IMG/VR virus record: IMGVR_UViG_3300008450_000004
Location: 52,882-116,881 of that record
From: a virus
Strand: one strand, 5' to 3'
DNA: 64,000 nt
Part shown: positions 10,754 through 21,150 of the stretch, piece after piece
Layout of the letters: each line of letters begins with the position of its first letter
Numbering within the stretch: the first letter of the stretch is position 1
Position numbers and translations under genes: made by a program
Notes under the pieces: generated by a model
Database searches by the model: none
Seen by the model: the letters and a program-made list of their open reading frames with translations, nothing else
What the model was told of the DNA's origin: nothing

Positions 10754-12433
10754 ATGGTCACGTATAACATAGAATCAGTAGGCAATGTATCTTTTCATGA
10801 GCCACTCAATGCAGAAGCATTTAAATTTAAACATGAAAAATTTTCAGAATTAATTCCCAAAGGCTCAATTGTTTTAGATATTGGTGCTCACGTTGGTGGA
10901 TTTAGTATTGTATTTGGGAGTTGTGTAGGTGAAAATGGTAAAGTACTTGCTTTTGAACCTAATCCTAAAACGTATGGTGTGTTAGTAGAAAATGCAAAAA
11001 ATAACCCTACTTTTAATATCATTCCTCACAATTTAGCTAGCACCCCTGAAACCAAAAAATACACATTTAATTATTCAGATCCTACTTTATATAATAATGG
11101 AATGAATGGTGGTTATTTTGATGAACTAAAATATGGGGAACAAATAAAACAATTTCATGGTTATAAAGTAGAAGTAAATGGAGTAAATACTATTGATTTC
11201 TTAAAAGAAAAATATAGTGATTTAGTTGATAAAATTAACTTTATTAAAACCGATACTGAAGGGTTAGATAAAGAAGTGTTAAAAACATTAGCACCGCTTA
11301 TCAAGAAAAATAAACCTGTATTAATGGTTGAAGCATTTAGAAGTTTAAATGAGGAAGAAATTGAAGATTTTTATAATGTTTTAAAATCGTTTGATTATGA
11401 AATATATGATGTATCTCCTTTGGATAATAAAACAGATTGTACTGGTCCCTTAACTAAAGAAGAATTTGGACATTATGTTCATCACGTAGTAGATAATGGT
11501 AATTTTTTCTGTTTCCATAAAGATGAAGTTCATAAATATAATTTGCCTCTTACTAAACCTGGTAAAACAGCAGTTGTTGTTTTTGGTAGAAATGATGGAT
11601 ATAAAGAAAAAGAACGATTTGCCATTCACTTAACTACAATGTTGGAAACATTTGATGAAGTAATTTATGTAGATTGGAATTCACCAACTCATAGTTTTTT
11701 ATATGATGTTATGGATTTAATTCCTAAAACTGGTAGATTAAAACATTTTGCTATTCCACCTGAATATGCGGATATGATGACCATGAATGATCCTAAAGCC
11801 CAAGTATGTAATACAGTTTTAGCATTTAATCTAGGTATAAGGCGCACTGATGCTGAATGGATTGTATTATCTACTACTGATATTATTCCTCCAACTAAAG
11901 AAGCATTAAATGATTTTATTTTTAAAGCAAATAAAAATGCAATGTATTCGTTTAGTAGAAGAGATATTGAGTATGATGATGTAATTGCTAATCTAAATAA
12001 TTTAAATGAACATAGAAAACATCTAGATGCAACCACAGAACCAAGATATTTCCCAACTAAAGTAACCCCTAATGATAATTACAGTATGTTTAACTGCTGT
12101 GGTGATTTTCAATTAGCAACTAAGAATCTATGGTTTAAAATTAGAGGATATGAAGAACCTATGTTATATGCTTGTTTTGTAGATACAAATGCTCAAAAGA
12201 AAGCTGTTTTATACGGATTTGATTTAGTACCAGTATATGATGTTCCTTTGTATCATATGTCTCATAAAGGTATGGGGAATGATGGAGCATCACCTTCAAA
12301 ACAATTTTATAACGATGCTGGAGAATGGGTAGAATATTTTGACAAATACATAGAACATGATCATATTATGTTTTCACGTAATGCTGATACTTGGGGATTT
12401 TCAAATGTTGAAATTGAGTATGAGGTGATTTAA
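10754..12433 (+). CDS. FkbM-family methyltransferase fused to a glycosyltransferase-like domain
   Basis: DIGAHVG, AFEPNP, KTDTEG followed by GRNDGY, VDWNS, NLGIRR; start moved to the ATG after the upstream stop. Confidence 0.75.
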   Translation: MVTYNIESVGNVSFHEPLNAEAFKFKHEKFSELIPKGSIVLDIGAHVGGFSIVFGSCVGENGKVLAFEPNPKTYGVLVENAKNNPTFNIIPHNLASTPETKKYTFNYSDPTLYNNGMNGGYFDELKYGEQIKQFHGYKVEVNGVNTIDFLKEKYSDLVDKINFIKTDTEGLDKEVLKTLAPLIKKNKPVLMVEAFRSLNEEEIEDFYNVLKSFDYEIYDVSPLDNKTDCTGPLTKEEFGHYVHHVVDNGNFFCFHKDEVHKYNLPLTKPGKTAVVVFGRNDGYKEKERFAIHLTTMLETFDEVIYVDWNSPTHSFLYDVMDLIPKTGRLKHFAIPPEYADMMTMNDPKAQVCNTVLAFNLGIRRTDAEWIVLSTTDIIPPTKEALNDFIFKANKNAMYSFSRRDIEYDDVIANLNNLNEHRKHLDATTEPRYFPTKVTPNDNYSMFNCCGDFQLATKNLWFKIRGYEEPMLYACFVDTNAQKKAVLYGFDLVPVYDVPLYHMSHKGMGNDGASPSKQFYNDAGEWVEYFDKYIEHDHIMFSRNADTWGFSNVEIEYEVI

Positions 12434-12453
12434 TATTTATTTAAAATAAATTT

Positions 12454-12999
12454 ATGACAAAAAATAAACGTATTTTAGATAAATCAAGTAGAGTAATAAC
12501 TTTAGGTGATATAAACAACGATAATGCGTGTTCTGTAATAAATTTTATTTATGATATAAATAACGAAGATGAACCTAAAGAAGCAGACAAACGCAAACCA
12601 ATTCAATTAATTATAAACTCACAAGGAGGAAGTGTATATGATGGTATAGGAATAGTAGACGTTATTGAACAATCTATAACACCTATACATATATATGTTC
12701 ATGGTCAGGCACAATCAATGGCTTTTGCTATAGTTACATCAGGACATTATAGATATGCAGGAAAACGTGCAGTTTTTATGTATCATCAAGTAAGTTGGGA
12801 AATGGCTCAAGAAAAACTTATACAACATGAACAAGAAGTAAAAGAAGGAAAACGTTTGTGGAAAGTATATGATGATATTGTTTTAACTAATACTAAAATA
12901 CAATTAAAACAATTAAAACAAATCCATAAGGAACGTAAAGAATGGTATCTGACTGCAGAAGAAGCACTTAAATTAGGTGTAATTGACGAAATTCTTTAA
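12454..12999 (+). CDS. clpP: ClpP-like protease proteolytic subunit
   Basis: INSQGGSV, QAQSMA (Ser), MYHQ (His), AEEALKLGVIDEI. Confidence 0.85.
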   Translation: MTKNKRILDKSSRVITLGDINNDNACSVINFIYDINNEDEPKEADKRKPIQLIINSQGGSVYDGIGIVDVIEQSITPIHIYVHGQAQSMAFAIVTSGHYRYAGKRAVFMYHQVSWEMAQEKLIQHEQEVKEGKRLWKVYDDIVLTNTKIQLKQLKQIHKERKEWYLTAEEALKLGVIDEIL

Positions 13000-13059
13000 T
13001 ATTATATATTTATTAATGTGTTAAAATAGGAAAACTAAATAACAATAAATACAAATAAT

Positions 13060-13344
13060 ATGAACCCAAAATTAATAGTAGATATAAACAAAAACGAAAC
13101 AAAAAAGGGTATTAAAGTACAATTCGTGTTTCCTGAGCAACTTCAAGGTGATCAAAAAGCTGAAATGACTCAAAAGATACAACAAAAGTTAACTCAAGGG
13201 TTAATGCCCTATAAATTAACTGTAAGTCAAGACACAGATGTACCTTATGAAAACATAATAGGATTTTTAATTCCTATATCAGACATAAAACTACTAATTA
13301 AAGATGCAATAATGGGTACCGATAAAGTACCAAATAATATGTAA
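13060..13344 (+). CDS. hypothetical phage protein
   Basis: ORF behind a TATATTTAT motif. Confidence 0.6.
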   Translation: MNPKLIVDINKNETKKGIKVQFVFPEQLQGDQKAEMTQKIQQKLTQGLMPYKLTVSQDTDVPYENIIGFLIPISDIKLLIKDAIMGTDKVPNNM

Positions 13345-13347
13345 TAT

Positions 13348-13683
13348 ATGAAAAAAAGAAAAATACCAATTCTTAAATTATCTATATCTTCGGATACAGA
13401 TTATTCTGAAATGATAAATATCCCTGGTGTAAAAGACGTTGTGATAGATGAGTTGGTATTAGCTATTAAAGAAGGAGTACTAAATAAAAAGAAAAGTATA
13501 TCCTTATTTGCCTTAGCAAACACAGAATATTATATTAATGTAGATAAAGAGCAATGGAATGCTTCTTTAAACAATGCTTTAAATTATTATGTTAATATAG
13601 AAAATTACAATAAATGTATTGAATGTAGAGATATTATAAATCAATTAAGTTATGAACAACCATCCAGAAAATCAGACAAATAA
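13348..13683 (+). CDS. hypothetical protein with C-terminal UvrB/C-like motif
   Basis: ENYNKCIECRDIINQL. Confidence 0.5.
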   Translation: MKKRKIPILKLSISSDTDYSEMINIPGVKDVVIDELVLAIKEGVLNKKKSISLFALANTEYYINVDKEQWNASLNNALNYYVNIENYNKCIECRDIINQLSYEQPSRKSDK

Positions 13684-14077
13684 AATTAAAAACACCATAG
13701 AGAATATTATAGGCGCTAATACTACTCTTAAACGCAAAAGAAAAACAGAAGAAGACGTTAATCGAGAATGCTTTGAAAAACTAATTACATCATTAGAAGA
13801 AATAGAAGTACGCTCAGTTTTATTAGAAGAAGAGTTTGAGTTAGGATTACATAAATATGAAGAAAACTTCTATTCAGTTATAAATTCTTTGTTACTTTTA
13901 TACCTAGGAAAAGAGGCTTTATCCGTAGTAAATTTTTATCTATTTGATAGATTTAATTTAGACGGTTCAGAAAATCATATTACTGATAAAGAAGGGAATA
14001 TAATACCCTTACAAAATCCTACTGATTTATGGGATGTTGTTCAGTTTATAAAAGGAAACGTATCTAAAAATGAGTAA
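13652..14077 (+). CDS. hypothetical protein
   Basis: ORF overlapping its neighbours. Confidence 0.55.
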   Translation: MNNHPENQTNKIKNTIENIIGANTTLKRKRKTEEDVNRECFEKLITSLEEIEVRSVLLEEEFELGLHKYEENFYSVINSLLLLYLGKEALSVVNFYLFDRFNLDGSENHITDKEGNIIPLQNPTDLWDVVQFIKGNVSKNE

Positions 14078-14723
14078 ACCTAAGGGATCTAAAGGAGCAC
14101 CATCTAAACATTATTCAAAAGCAGATTTATTACGAGCAATGCGCTTTACTAAATCAATAAAAGCGGCTGCTCGTTATCTAGGGTGTAGTTATCAACATAT
14201 AAAACCATACTTTAAAATGTATAGGTTAGATGATAGTGATATAAATTCACCTACCTTATTTGAAGTACATAAAAATCAACAAGGTAAAGGTATACCTAAA
14301 TATTTACCTAATAGGCGTAAAGAACCAAATGTTAAAAATATTGTAACAACGGGTACTGGTTGGGAATCATTTAGTGAAAATAAAATAAAAGCAAGATTAA
14401 TTGCTGAGGGTTATGTTAAAGATGAGTGTTATAAATGTGGGTTTTGTGAAAAACGAATGACTGATTATAAAACACCACTATTACTAAATTTCAAAGATGG
14501 CAGTAAATTAAACTATCTATTAGATAATCTAGAATTAGTATGTTATAATTGCTATTTTCTATATGTAGCCGATCCTATGTCATCAGATCAAATTAGAGAT
14601 ATTGAAAGTAACCAACAAGTAAAAACAATATCGTTTGATTGGGAAACAGAAAAATATGTTCCTTCTACAATAATAGATGATGAACATCTTGAAAATATGA
14701 AAGCTTTAGGTTTATTAGTTTAG
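14070..14723 (+). CDS. HTH plus degenerate HNH-like zinc-binding protein
   Basis: SIKAAARYLGCSY helix-turn-helix; CxxC...DG...N..NL..VCYNC; the usual catalytic His is absent. Confidence 0.55.
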   Translation: MSKPKGSKGAPSKHYSKADLLRAMRFTKSIKAAARYLGCSYQHIKPYFKMYRLDDSDINSPTLFEVHKNQQGKGIPKYLPNRRKEPNVKNIVTTGTGWESFSENKIKARLIAEGYVKDECYKCGFCEKRMTDYKTPLLLNFKDGSKLNYLLDNLELVCYNCYFLYVADPMSSDQIRDIESNQQVKTISFDWETEKYVPSTIIDDEHLENMKALGLLV

Positions 14724-14772
14724 TTTGGAAAAGCAAAGAAAAAATTTTATATTTAATTAAATAAAAAAAAAT

Positions 14773-15063
14773 ATGAGTTACGATTTATCAGAAAAATTTA
14801 ATGATTTTACAATTCCTAAAGAGGCACTTGAACAAATCAAAACAGGTTTAATTACAATCCCTAAAAATATGCTTAAAACAATATTATTTGCAGGAGAAAA
14901 TAAACTGACCAATTATGATATTGATTATTGGGTAGCAGTAAAACCTAAGCGTCAATCCGATGAAAATTTACCTACTTATAAAGCAAGACGTAAATTTCAA
15001 AATGCCTTAACAAAGTATAGACCATATCTTTACGATTACTCAGAAAACAATATAATAATATAA
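14773..15063 (+). CDS. hypothetical protein
   Basis: ORF after a GCAA-N11-TATATTTA motif. Confidence 0.55.
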   Translation: MSYDLSEKFNDFTIPKEALEQIKTGLITIPKNMLKTILFAGENKLTNYDIDYWVAVKPKRQSDENLPTYKARRKFQNALTKYRPYLYDYSENNIII

Positions 15064-15068
15064 TAAAC

Positions 15069-15293
15069 ATGAAATACTATCAAGTACAAGTACAATTTAC
15101 CTTAGATGAAGGTAAAAAACAAAAATTAGCATATTTAGTAGACGCTGAAAGTTGCATCGAAGCAGAAACAAATACTGTAAAACACTTAATGGGTGCTGGA
15201 GAGCATAATTTTGAAGTAAAATCAGTAGTAGAATCTAAAATAGTAGATGTAATATATGTATCAACAGTAACAGAAAATAAAGAAGAAGAATAA
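15069..15293 (+). CDS. DUF4494-like small protein
   Basis: YLVDAESCIEAE...FEVKSVVESKIVDV. Confidence 0.6.
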   Translation: MKYYQVQVQFTLDEGKKQKLAYLVDAESCIEAETNTVKHLMGAGEHNFEVKSVVESKIVDVIYVSTVTENKEEE

Positions 15294-15294
15294 A

Positions 15295-15459
15295 ATGAAA
15301 AAAGTAGCAATCTTAGTATTATTAGCGGCAACTATTGTTGCTTGCCAATCAACAGAAAATAAAACAGTATCAACAACCGATTCAACATTTATTGAAGTAG
15401 ATTCAATGGAATTTGAACCAATAGTTCAAGATACCTTCACTACAGAAGTAGTAAACTAA
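15295..15459 (+). CDS. small lipoprotein (54 aa, not in ORF track)
   Basis: MKKVAILVLLAATIVA-C lipobox followed by an acidic Thr-rich tail. Confidence 0.6.
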   Translation: MKKVAILVLLAATIVACQSTENKTVSTTDSTFIEVDSMEFEPIVQDTFTTEVVN

Positions 15460-15465
15460 CAATTA

Positions 15466-15603
15466 GGTACCACGATGCTTCCCGTAAGATCAGCACACTG
15501 TCAGTGGTCATTTAGTGACATAAACGAATAGCCCAAGGTATAAGTTACAGTCACATCCCCAACAAAGACTAGAAGACGTTCTAGAAACTGGTTGGGTTTT
15601 TTA
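15466..15603 (+). ncRNA. candidate structured RNA ending in a terminator-like hairpin
   Basis: non-coding, raised GC; ACCAC/GTGGT, CTAGAA/TTCTAG and CCCAAC/GTTGGG stems, then a T tract. Confidence 0.3.
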
Positions 15604-15613
15604 TTTTAAAACA

Positions 15614-15904
15614 ATGAATATAGGAAGTATAGTAGAATGTATAAATGATTCATTTGATTCAAAATCAATTGAATTAATACCCAATAGACCTAAAAAAGGA
15701 AAAATTTATACTATTAAAGGTATTAAAGATTATCCTGATAAAAATTCTACAGGGGTGTTATTAGAGGAAATAATCAATGAACCTTTAATGTTACCTAATT
15801 TAGAGGGATTATTTGAACCTACATTCAATATTGAACGATTCAGAGAATTACCAGAAGTAAATATTGAAGAATTAATTGAAGAATTAACATTAACTCATGA
15901 CTAA
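15614..15904 (+). CDS. hypothetical protein
   Basis: ORF; IGSIVECIND...GKIYTI. Confidence 0.55.
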   Translation: MNIGSIVECINDSFDSKSIELIPNRPKKGKIYTIKGIKDYPDKNSTGVLLEEIINEPLMLPNLEGLFEPTFNIERFRELPEVNIEELIEELTLTHD

Positions 15905-16565
15905 AATAGTTTTTATAAGTGATACACATACAATGCATGAAGACTTAGTATTACCTCAAGGTGATATTTTAGTCCATGCTGGTGATTTTACCGGAAGAGG
16001 TAAACCACACGAGGTAGAAAATTTTTTTAGTTGGTTAGAAAAACAATCTAAATTCTTTAAACATATTATTTTTATTGCTGGTAACCATGATATATGCTTT
16101 GAATATAAAAGTACTTGGGTTGTAGATGCAATAAAATCTCTACCAGATAACATACATTACTTAGAAGATTCTGAGGTTATTATTGATGATATTAAATTTT
16201 ATGGTTCACCATGGCAACCTGAATTTTTTAATTGGGCATTCAACTTACCAAGAGGAAAAGCATTAGAAGAAAAATGGGATATGATTCCACAAGATGTTGA
16301 TGTATTAATCACTCATGGCCCTCCAATGTATATATTAGATTATACTATAAGAGATATGTGGAATGTAGGGTGTTTAGCTTTATACAACAAAGTATTACAA
16401 ATTAAACCAAAACTTCATGTATTTGGGCATATTCACGAAGGATATGGTGTAAAAGAGCATGAAGGTATTACATTTGTAAATGCAAGTAGTGCAACAATTG
16501 GATATTCTTTAACAAATAAACCCATTGAAATTAAATATACTAAAGAAAATATAGAATTTTTTTAA
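15897..16565 (+). CDS. calcineurin-like metallophosphoesterase
   Basis: SDTH, AGD, AGNHD, THGPP, FGHIHE. Confidence 0.9.
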   Translation: MTKIVFISDTHTMHEDLVLPQGDILVHAGDFTGRGKPHEVENFFSWLEKQSKFFKHIIFIAGNHDICFEYKSTWVVDAIKSLPDNIHYLEDSEVIIDDIKFYGSPWQPEFFNWAFNLPRGKALEEKWDMIPQDVDVLITHGPPMYILDYTIRDMWNVGCLALYNKVLQIKPKLHVFGHIHEGYGVKEHEGITFVNASSATIGYSLTNKPIEIKYTKENIEFF

Positions 16566-16628
16566 TGATTTTAAATAGTTATTATATTTATTGACAATCA
16601 AGTTTGTAGATAATTAAAATATAAAACT

Positions 16629-16916
16629 ATGATTAAAATTTTTAAAGAATTATTTAACGATAACAACTCTATCAACGAAAAAGCGGTGGTAGGTTTTATC
16701 GCTTTTTTTATGCTTGTCGTGGCATTAGGGGTAGATCTTATTACAGGTTACTTTGGTTCACCCTTAGTATTAAATGAATTCATATTTGATGGATTTATGG
16801 TTATTGTTTTAGGTTCATTTGGTATAGCATCTGTGGATAAATGGATGAATAAAAAAGATAAACGTAATGGTGAAGAAAATAACAACAGCAACAACGATAA
16901 CAAAGGAGACGAGTAA
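16629..16916 (+). CDS. holin-like two-TM membrane protein
   Basis: two hydrophobic helices and a charged C-tail; late-type promoter motif upstream. Confidence 0.5.
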   Translation: MIKIFKELFNDNNSINEKAVVGFIAFFMLVVALGVDLITGYFGSPLVLNEFIFDGFMVIVLGSFGIASVDKWMNKKDKRNGEENNNSNNDNKGDE

Positions 16917-16926
16917 CATAGTGAAA

Positions 16927-17175
16927 ATGCCTATTTCATTTGAACAATTTTCAAAAGACCCAGTTAAAGGGTTATTATTTATAGTTCTTATTGCTATTGG
17001 TTACTTATATGTTGATGGTAAAATGAATTACCAATCACAAATAGAAAAACATGAAGCAAAAATAGTATTATTAGAAAATAAAACTGAACTATTATACACA
17101 GCCCTTAAACGTAGCGATAGTGCTCTAGCAGTAACTGTTACTAAATTAGAAATCTTAACTCAAATGTCTAAATAA
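16927..17175 (+). CDS. TM plus coiled-coil protein (lysis cluster)
   Basis: single TM then heptad repeats; ATG at 16927 preferred. Confidence 0.45.
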   Translation: MPISFEQFSKDPVKGLLFIVLIAIGYLYVDGKMNYQSQIEKHEAKIVLLENKTELLYTALKRSDSALAVTVTKLEILTQMSK

Positions 17176-17510
17176 TGAAAATAATCTCAATCTTTTTTTT
17201 AATAGCTATATTAGCTATAACAACCTCCGAACCAGTAAGAAAAAAAGAATCGGAAGTTGATGTAGAAGCAATCTTAGTTAAATGCGATAAAAACTTAATT
17301 AAAGCATCAACAATAACTAAAAAAGCAGATCAACAACAAAAATCTAAAATGATTGAGTTACATGAAACTGTAACTAAATTAAAAGAAGAAAAAAAAGAAT
17401 TAGAAACTACATTAATTAAAACAAAACATGAACTACAAACTGTTAAAGAAGTTATCAATAACAATGTTGTTGATACTGGTGAGCGCTTCGACTTATTCCC
17501 AAAGGACTAG
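17175..17510 (+). CDS. N-anchored coiled-coil protein (i-spanin-like)
   Basis: N-terminal TM/signal and long coiled coil; overlaps the next gene. Confidence 0.4.
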   Translation: MKIISIFFLIAILAITTSEPVRKKESEVDVEAILVKCDKNLIKASTITKKADQQQKSKMIELHETVTKLKEEKKELETTLIKTKHELQTVKEVINNNVVDTGERFDLFPKD

Positions 17511-18243
17511 AACAATAGGCTCAGATACATTTGTAGTGTTTACTCGTGAGCAAGCAAAAGCTATTAGCGATACATTTGTATCTCAAAGACAAACCATAAA
17601 AAAATTAAAACAAACTGATAGTCTTTATATTATTAAAGAAAAACAATATAATACACAAGACAGTACTAAAAGAATAAAAGACAGCCTCACTTACTTTGAA
17701 CAAATAATCCCAACGCTAACTGAAATAAAAGAGTTATTAGCAATTCAAGTTGAGGTACCATTTAGAAATAATTTTGAAATTGGAGTTGGAGTTGGGGCAT
17801 CAACATATTTTGGAGCGTATCGATCATTTAATACCTTAATAAATACTAAATACTATATTCCGTTAAGTATAGGTATATTGAAATATAATTATCACAAACA
17901 TTTAACAACACGGTTTGAAATAATATCTACTCAAGTATCAACAGGTCCAATCAATAAACAAATAGTAGCGGGTGCATTACTCGCAGATTATAACATTGCC
18001 CCAAACATTTATAGTATTCGAGTAGGTATGATCCCCTTAATAAGTATTGGATATACAGTCTTTGGATTACCAAATGAATCACTGATTATTGGTGCTGGGT
18101 TGAAAGGGTATTTTACATCTAAAACAGCACTTGAATTAAATATCAGATACCAATTAACAGATTTAGATAATATAGGTAGTAATGATCATTTTATATGGGG
18201 TCATTTAATGATAACAAGAAAAATAAATCATAAAAATAAATAA
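17428..18243 (+). CDS. secreted coiled-coil plus outer-membrane beta-barrel-like protein
   Basis: signal peptide; C-terminal amphipathic beta strands (EIGVGVG, GAGLKGYFT, ELNIRYQLT). Confidence 0.5.
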   Translation: MNYKLLKKLSITMLLILVSASTYSQRTRTIGSDTFVVFTREQAKAISDTFVSQRQTIKKLKQTDSLYIIKEKQYNTQDSTKRIKDSLTYFEQIIPTLTEIKELLAIQVEVPFRNNFEIGVGVGASTYFGAYRSFNTLINTKYYIPLSIGILKYNYHKHLTTRFEIISTQVSTGPINKQIVAGALLADYNIAPNIYSIRVGMIPLISIGYTVFGLPNESLIIGAGLKGYFTSKTALELNIRYQLTDLDNIGSNDHFIWGHLMITRKINHKNK

Positions 18244-18314
18244 AAGTAAATTATTTAAAATATTTATTAAATTAAGCTTTGCTACGCAAGGCTTTTTTTG
18301 TATTATTACATAAA

Positions 18315-18773
18315 ATGGAATTAATAAGCACACATATATGTAAAGCATCAGATATTGGTATACATAACAATATGTTTGGAGGTACATTAGTTGGCTGGGT
18401 AGATGAAGCCTCAGCAGTATATTCTGCTCAAATCTGTGATACACCTAGAATGATTACTATTAAAGTAGATGAATTTATCTTTAAAAAACCAATAAAGTTA
18501 GGAAATATTATAAAGATTTATGGGAAAGTAGCAGAGTTCGGAAATACATCTATAACATTATACATTGAAGCTAGAAAACATAATGTATATACAGGCATTC
18601 AAGAAGTCGTAACTCATACAAAAATGAAATTTGTAAGAATAGATGATGAAGGTAATCCTCTTCGTATATCTAACCGTGTAAAAGAACGATATTGGGGTCG
18701 TTTAAAAACTTTTGGTAAAGGACTTCTTTCTACAGAAGAAAAAGAATTAGAAATAATTCCAAAACTAAAATAA
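18315..18773 (+). CDS. HotDog-fold acyl-CoA thioesterase
   Basis: DIGIHNNMFGGTLVGWVDEAS, FVRIDDEGNP. Confidence 0.85.
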   Translation: MELISTHICKASDIGIHNNMFGGTLVGWVDEASAVYSAQICDTPRMITIKVDEFIFKKPIKLGNIIKIYGKVAEFGNTSITLYIEARKHNVYTGIQEVVTHTKMKFVRIDDEGNPLRISNRVKERYWGRLKTFGKGLLSTEEKELEIIPKLK

Positions 18774-18893
18774 AATATTTAAAAATATGATGATAGTAAT
18801 TTTAACAATAATAATATGGGAAATAATAAAACCATATTTAATAAAAATGTTTTATAAAATATTAGGAGAATAATAAATTTTATATTTAAAAAT

Positions 18894-19478
18894 ATGATAA
18901 CATTAATTCAACAATTTAAAACTTGGCTTTGGAAAAACATTGGATGGAATATTCAGTGGATATATATGAGATTTTATAATCTATATAGATGGCTTCCAAT
19001 AATCTGGAAAGATCGTGATTGGGATGATTGGTATATATTTAATATACTTCAAATTAAATTAAAACATCAAGCAGAGTATATTGGAACTAAAGATCGTCAT
19101 ACTAGAGCTCAATATGATGCTCAACGTATGAGAACATGTGTGCGATTAATAGAAAAAATAAAAGAAGAATTTTATCAAGACGAATATATGGAATATCATG
19201 ACACTAAATTTTATTCTGAGCCAGTGGATGATCATCCTGGGTATCATAGTTTACAAATAGAAACTTTATCTGAAAACTTTGATGAATATTTCTTAGCATA
19301 TCCGTTAGACTATAAAAGAGTCCTTAATGGAGCTGGGTGGTTAGATATTAATGAATGTAAGGATGATGCTGACAAAAGACATCGAATTGCTATGAATATG
19401 TCTCATTTAAGAGGACAACGAGCAAAGAAAATATTATTCCAGCTCTTAGATAGACATATTGAAGGATGGTGGGATTAG
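18894..19478 (+). CDS. hypothetical phage protein
   Basis: WLPIIWKDRDWD...IEGWWD. Confidence 0.65.
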   Translation: MITLIQQFKTWLWKNIGWNIQWIYMRFYNLYRWLPIIWKDRDWDDWYIFNILQIKLKHQAEYIGTKDRHTRAQYDAQRMRTCVRLIEKIKEEFYQDEYMEYHDTKFYSEPVDDHPGYHSLQIETLSENFDEYFLAYPLDYKRVLNGAGWLDINECKDDADKRHRIAMNMSHLRGQRAKKILFQLLDRHIEGWWD

Positions 19479-19537
19479 TTTAAAAGGCAAGGTAAAAATA
19501 TTATCTTCACATAACTCATTACTAAATAAATAAAAAT

Positions 19538-20296
19538 ATGATTATAGCAATAACAATTTTATCTGTATTATTAGTTATTACAATATTATTTGTAATAGCA
19601 GGTATAATACACATTCTAAAAATTCAAAAAGAATTAAATTCAATAAGTGAAGAACAGTCACGCCAAAACGAGGACATCAGGAATTTAATGATTGCTCATA
19701 TGACATTAGTTCAAGCATTAAAAGATGCAACAGAAATAGAACAATTAAATAAAGTTTATAATTACAATAAAATAAAAGGAGAAGCATAGTATGGTAAATA
19801 CCACAGTTGACATAGACATAGATGATATACTTTGGAGTATGTCTAAGTATAAAAAACAAAAAATGGCTGATGCACTATATGATGATGGAATTATACCTAC
19901 ATATCTTAATGCTGATGTTGCTGTTTGGGAAAGTAGAATACCTCAAACTAATCTAGAAAAAGAATTATCTGAAATACTTGATAAAGTATGGGATAACAAA
20001 AGATTTATTAATAATGATGATTTAGAGGTATTAAGATATCTTTCGAAAAAAGGATTATAATAGGCAAAGCTCTTTAACTACATTTACCTCAAATGGTAAA
20101 AAAACGTAAAAAATGGATTCCACCAAAAGAGTTTATTGTAATAAGTGACGATGGTTATTTTGTTGGGTTACATAAGGGGGGTAAGTTTAAATGGTCATTT
20201 GAATTATCTGAAGCTAAACCACTTACCAACATCGAGCAATTTGATACAATAAAAAAAGGTTACATTGGCAAGGAAGTTTTATTAGATTTCATTTAA
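19538..20296 (+). CDS. three small hypothetical proteins (19538-19789, 19791-20060, 20093-20296)
   Basis: ORF track; GNCAA-type promoter motifs upstream of the first and third. Confidence 0.5.
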
Positions 20297-20344
20297 GAAT
20301 AAAAAAGATTAGGATCGTCAAGATCCTTTTCTTATCTTTACACT

Positions 20345-21148
20345 ATGATGAAGATCAAGTTAAATAAAGGTAGAATATTCTTTACAAGTGATACTCACTA
20401 CGGTCATACAAACATATGTCGTGGTGTGAGTAACTGGAGAGATGAAAACGGTAATGTACCTATTCATCAAACTCGTGATTTTAAATCACTTGACCATATG
20501 AATGACTATATCGTTAATTCTATTAACAGTAAAGTAGGAGAAGATGATATTTTGTTTCATTTAGGTGATTGGTCGTTTGGTGGGTTTGATAATGTAGCTA
20601 AATTTAGAAGTAGAGTTAAATGTAAAAATATTCATTTAATATTAGGTAACCACGATCATCACATTGAACGTAACAAACAATTATTAAACTACTACAAAAA
20701 TCCAGAAACATTAAATATAATAGAAGGAGATGCTTCCGAGAATTATTATGAGGAATATAAGTTTGGAGAATATTGGAATAATAAAGTATATGCTCAAGAC
20801 TTATTCAGCTCAGTAAACCAATATCTACGATTACAAGTATATGTTTACCCAAGTACTAAATTGTATGCTGGTGATGTTGATTTAGTATTAATGCATTACC
20901 CAATCGCAAGTTGGCACAACATGAATGATGGTGTTATACATCTTCACGGACACGTTCATTTGCCTCCAGATAAAAAATTATCACAAGGTAAAGCAATGGA
21001 TGTGGGTGTAGATGGAAATAATATGGTACCTTATTCATTAGGTGAGATTATGAATATAATGGATAAACAACCAATTGCTAAGTTATCATTACCTCAAGAC
21101 CATCATGAGGAGAGGTTGATGGGTAGTAAAGGAAGTTCAAGTTTTTAA
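20345..21148 (+). CDS. metallophosphoesterase
   Basis: SDTHYGH, LGD, LGNHD, MHYP, HGHVH, DVGVD. Confidence 0.9.
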   Translation: MMKIKLNKGRIFFTSDTHYGHTNICRGVSNWRDENGNVPIHQTRDFKSLDHMNDYIVNSINSKVGEDDILFHLGDWSFGGFDNVAKFRSRVKCKNIHLILGNHDHHIERNKQLLNYYKNPETLNIIEGDASENYYEEYKFGEYWNNKVYAQDLFSSVNQYLRLQVYVYPSTKLYAGDVDLVLMHYPIASWHNMNDGVIHLHGHVHLPPDKKLSQGKAMDVGVDGNNMVPYSLGEIMNIMDKQPIAKLSLPQDHHEERLMGSKGSSSF

Positions 21149-21150
21149 TT

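Noticed and set aside
1-12433. bacterial O-antigen or capsule locus
   Set aside because: No transport or polymerase genes; contiguous with phage genes that share its composition and promoter motifs.
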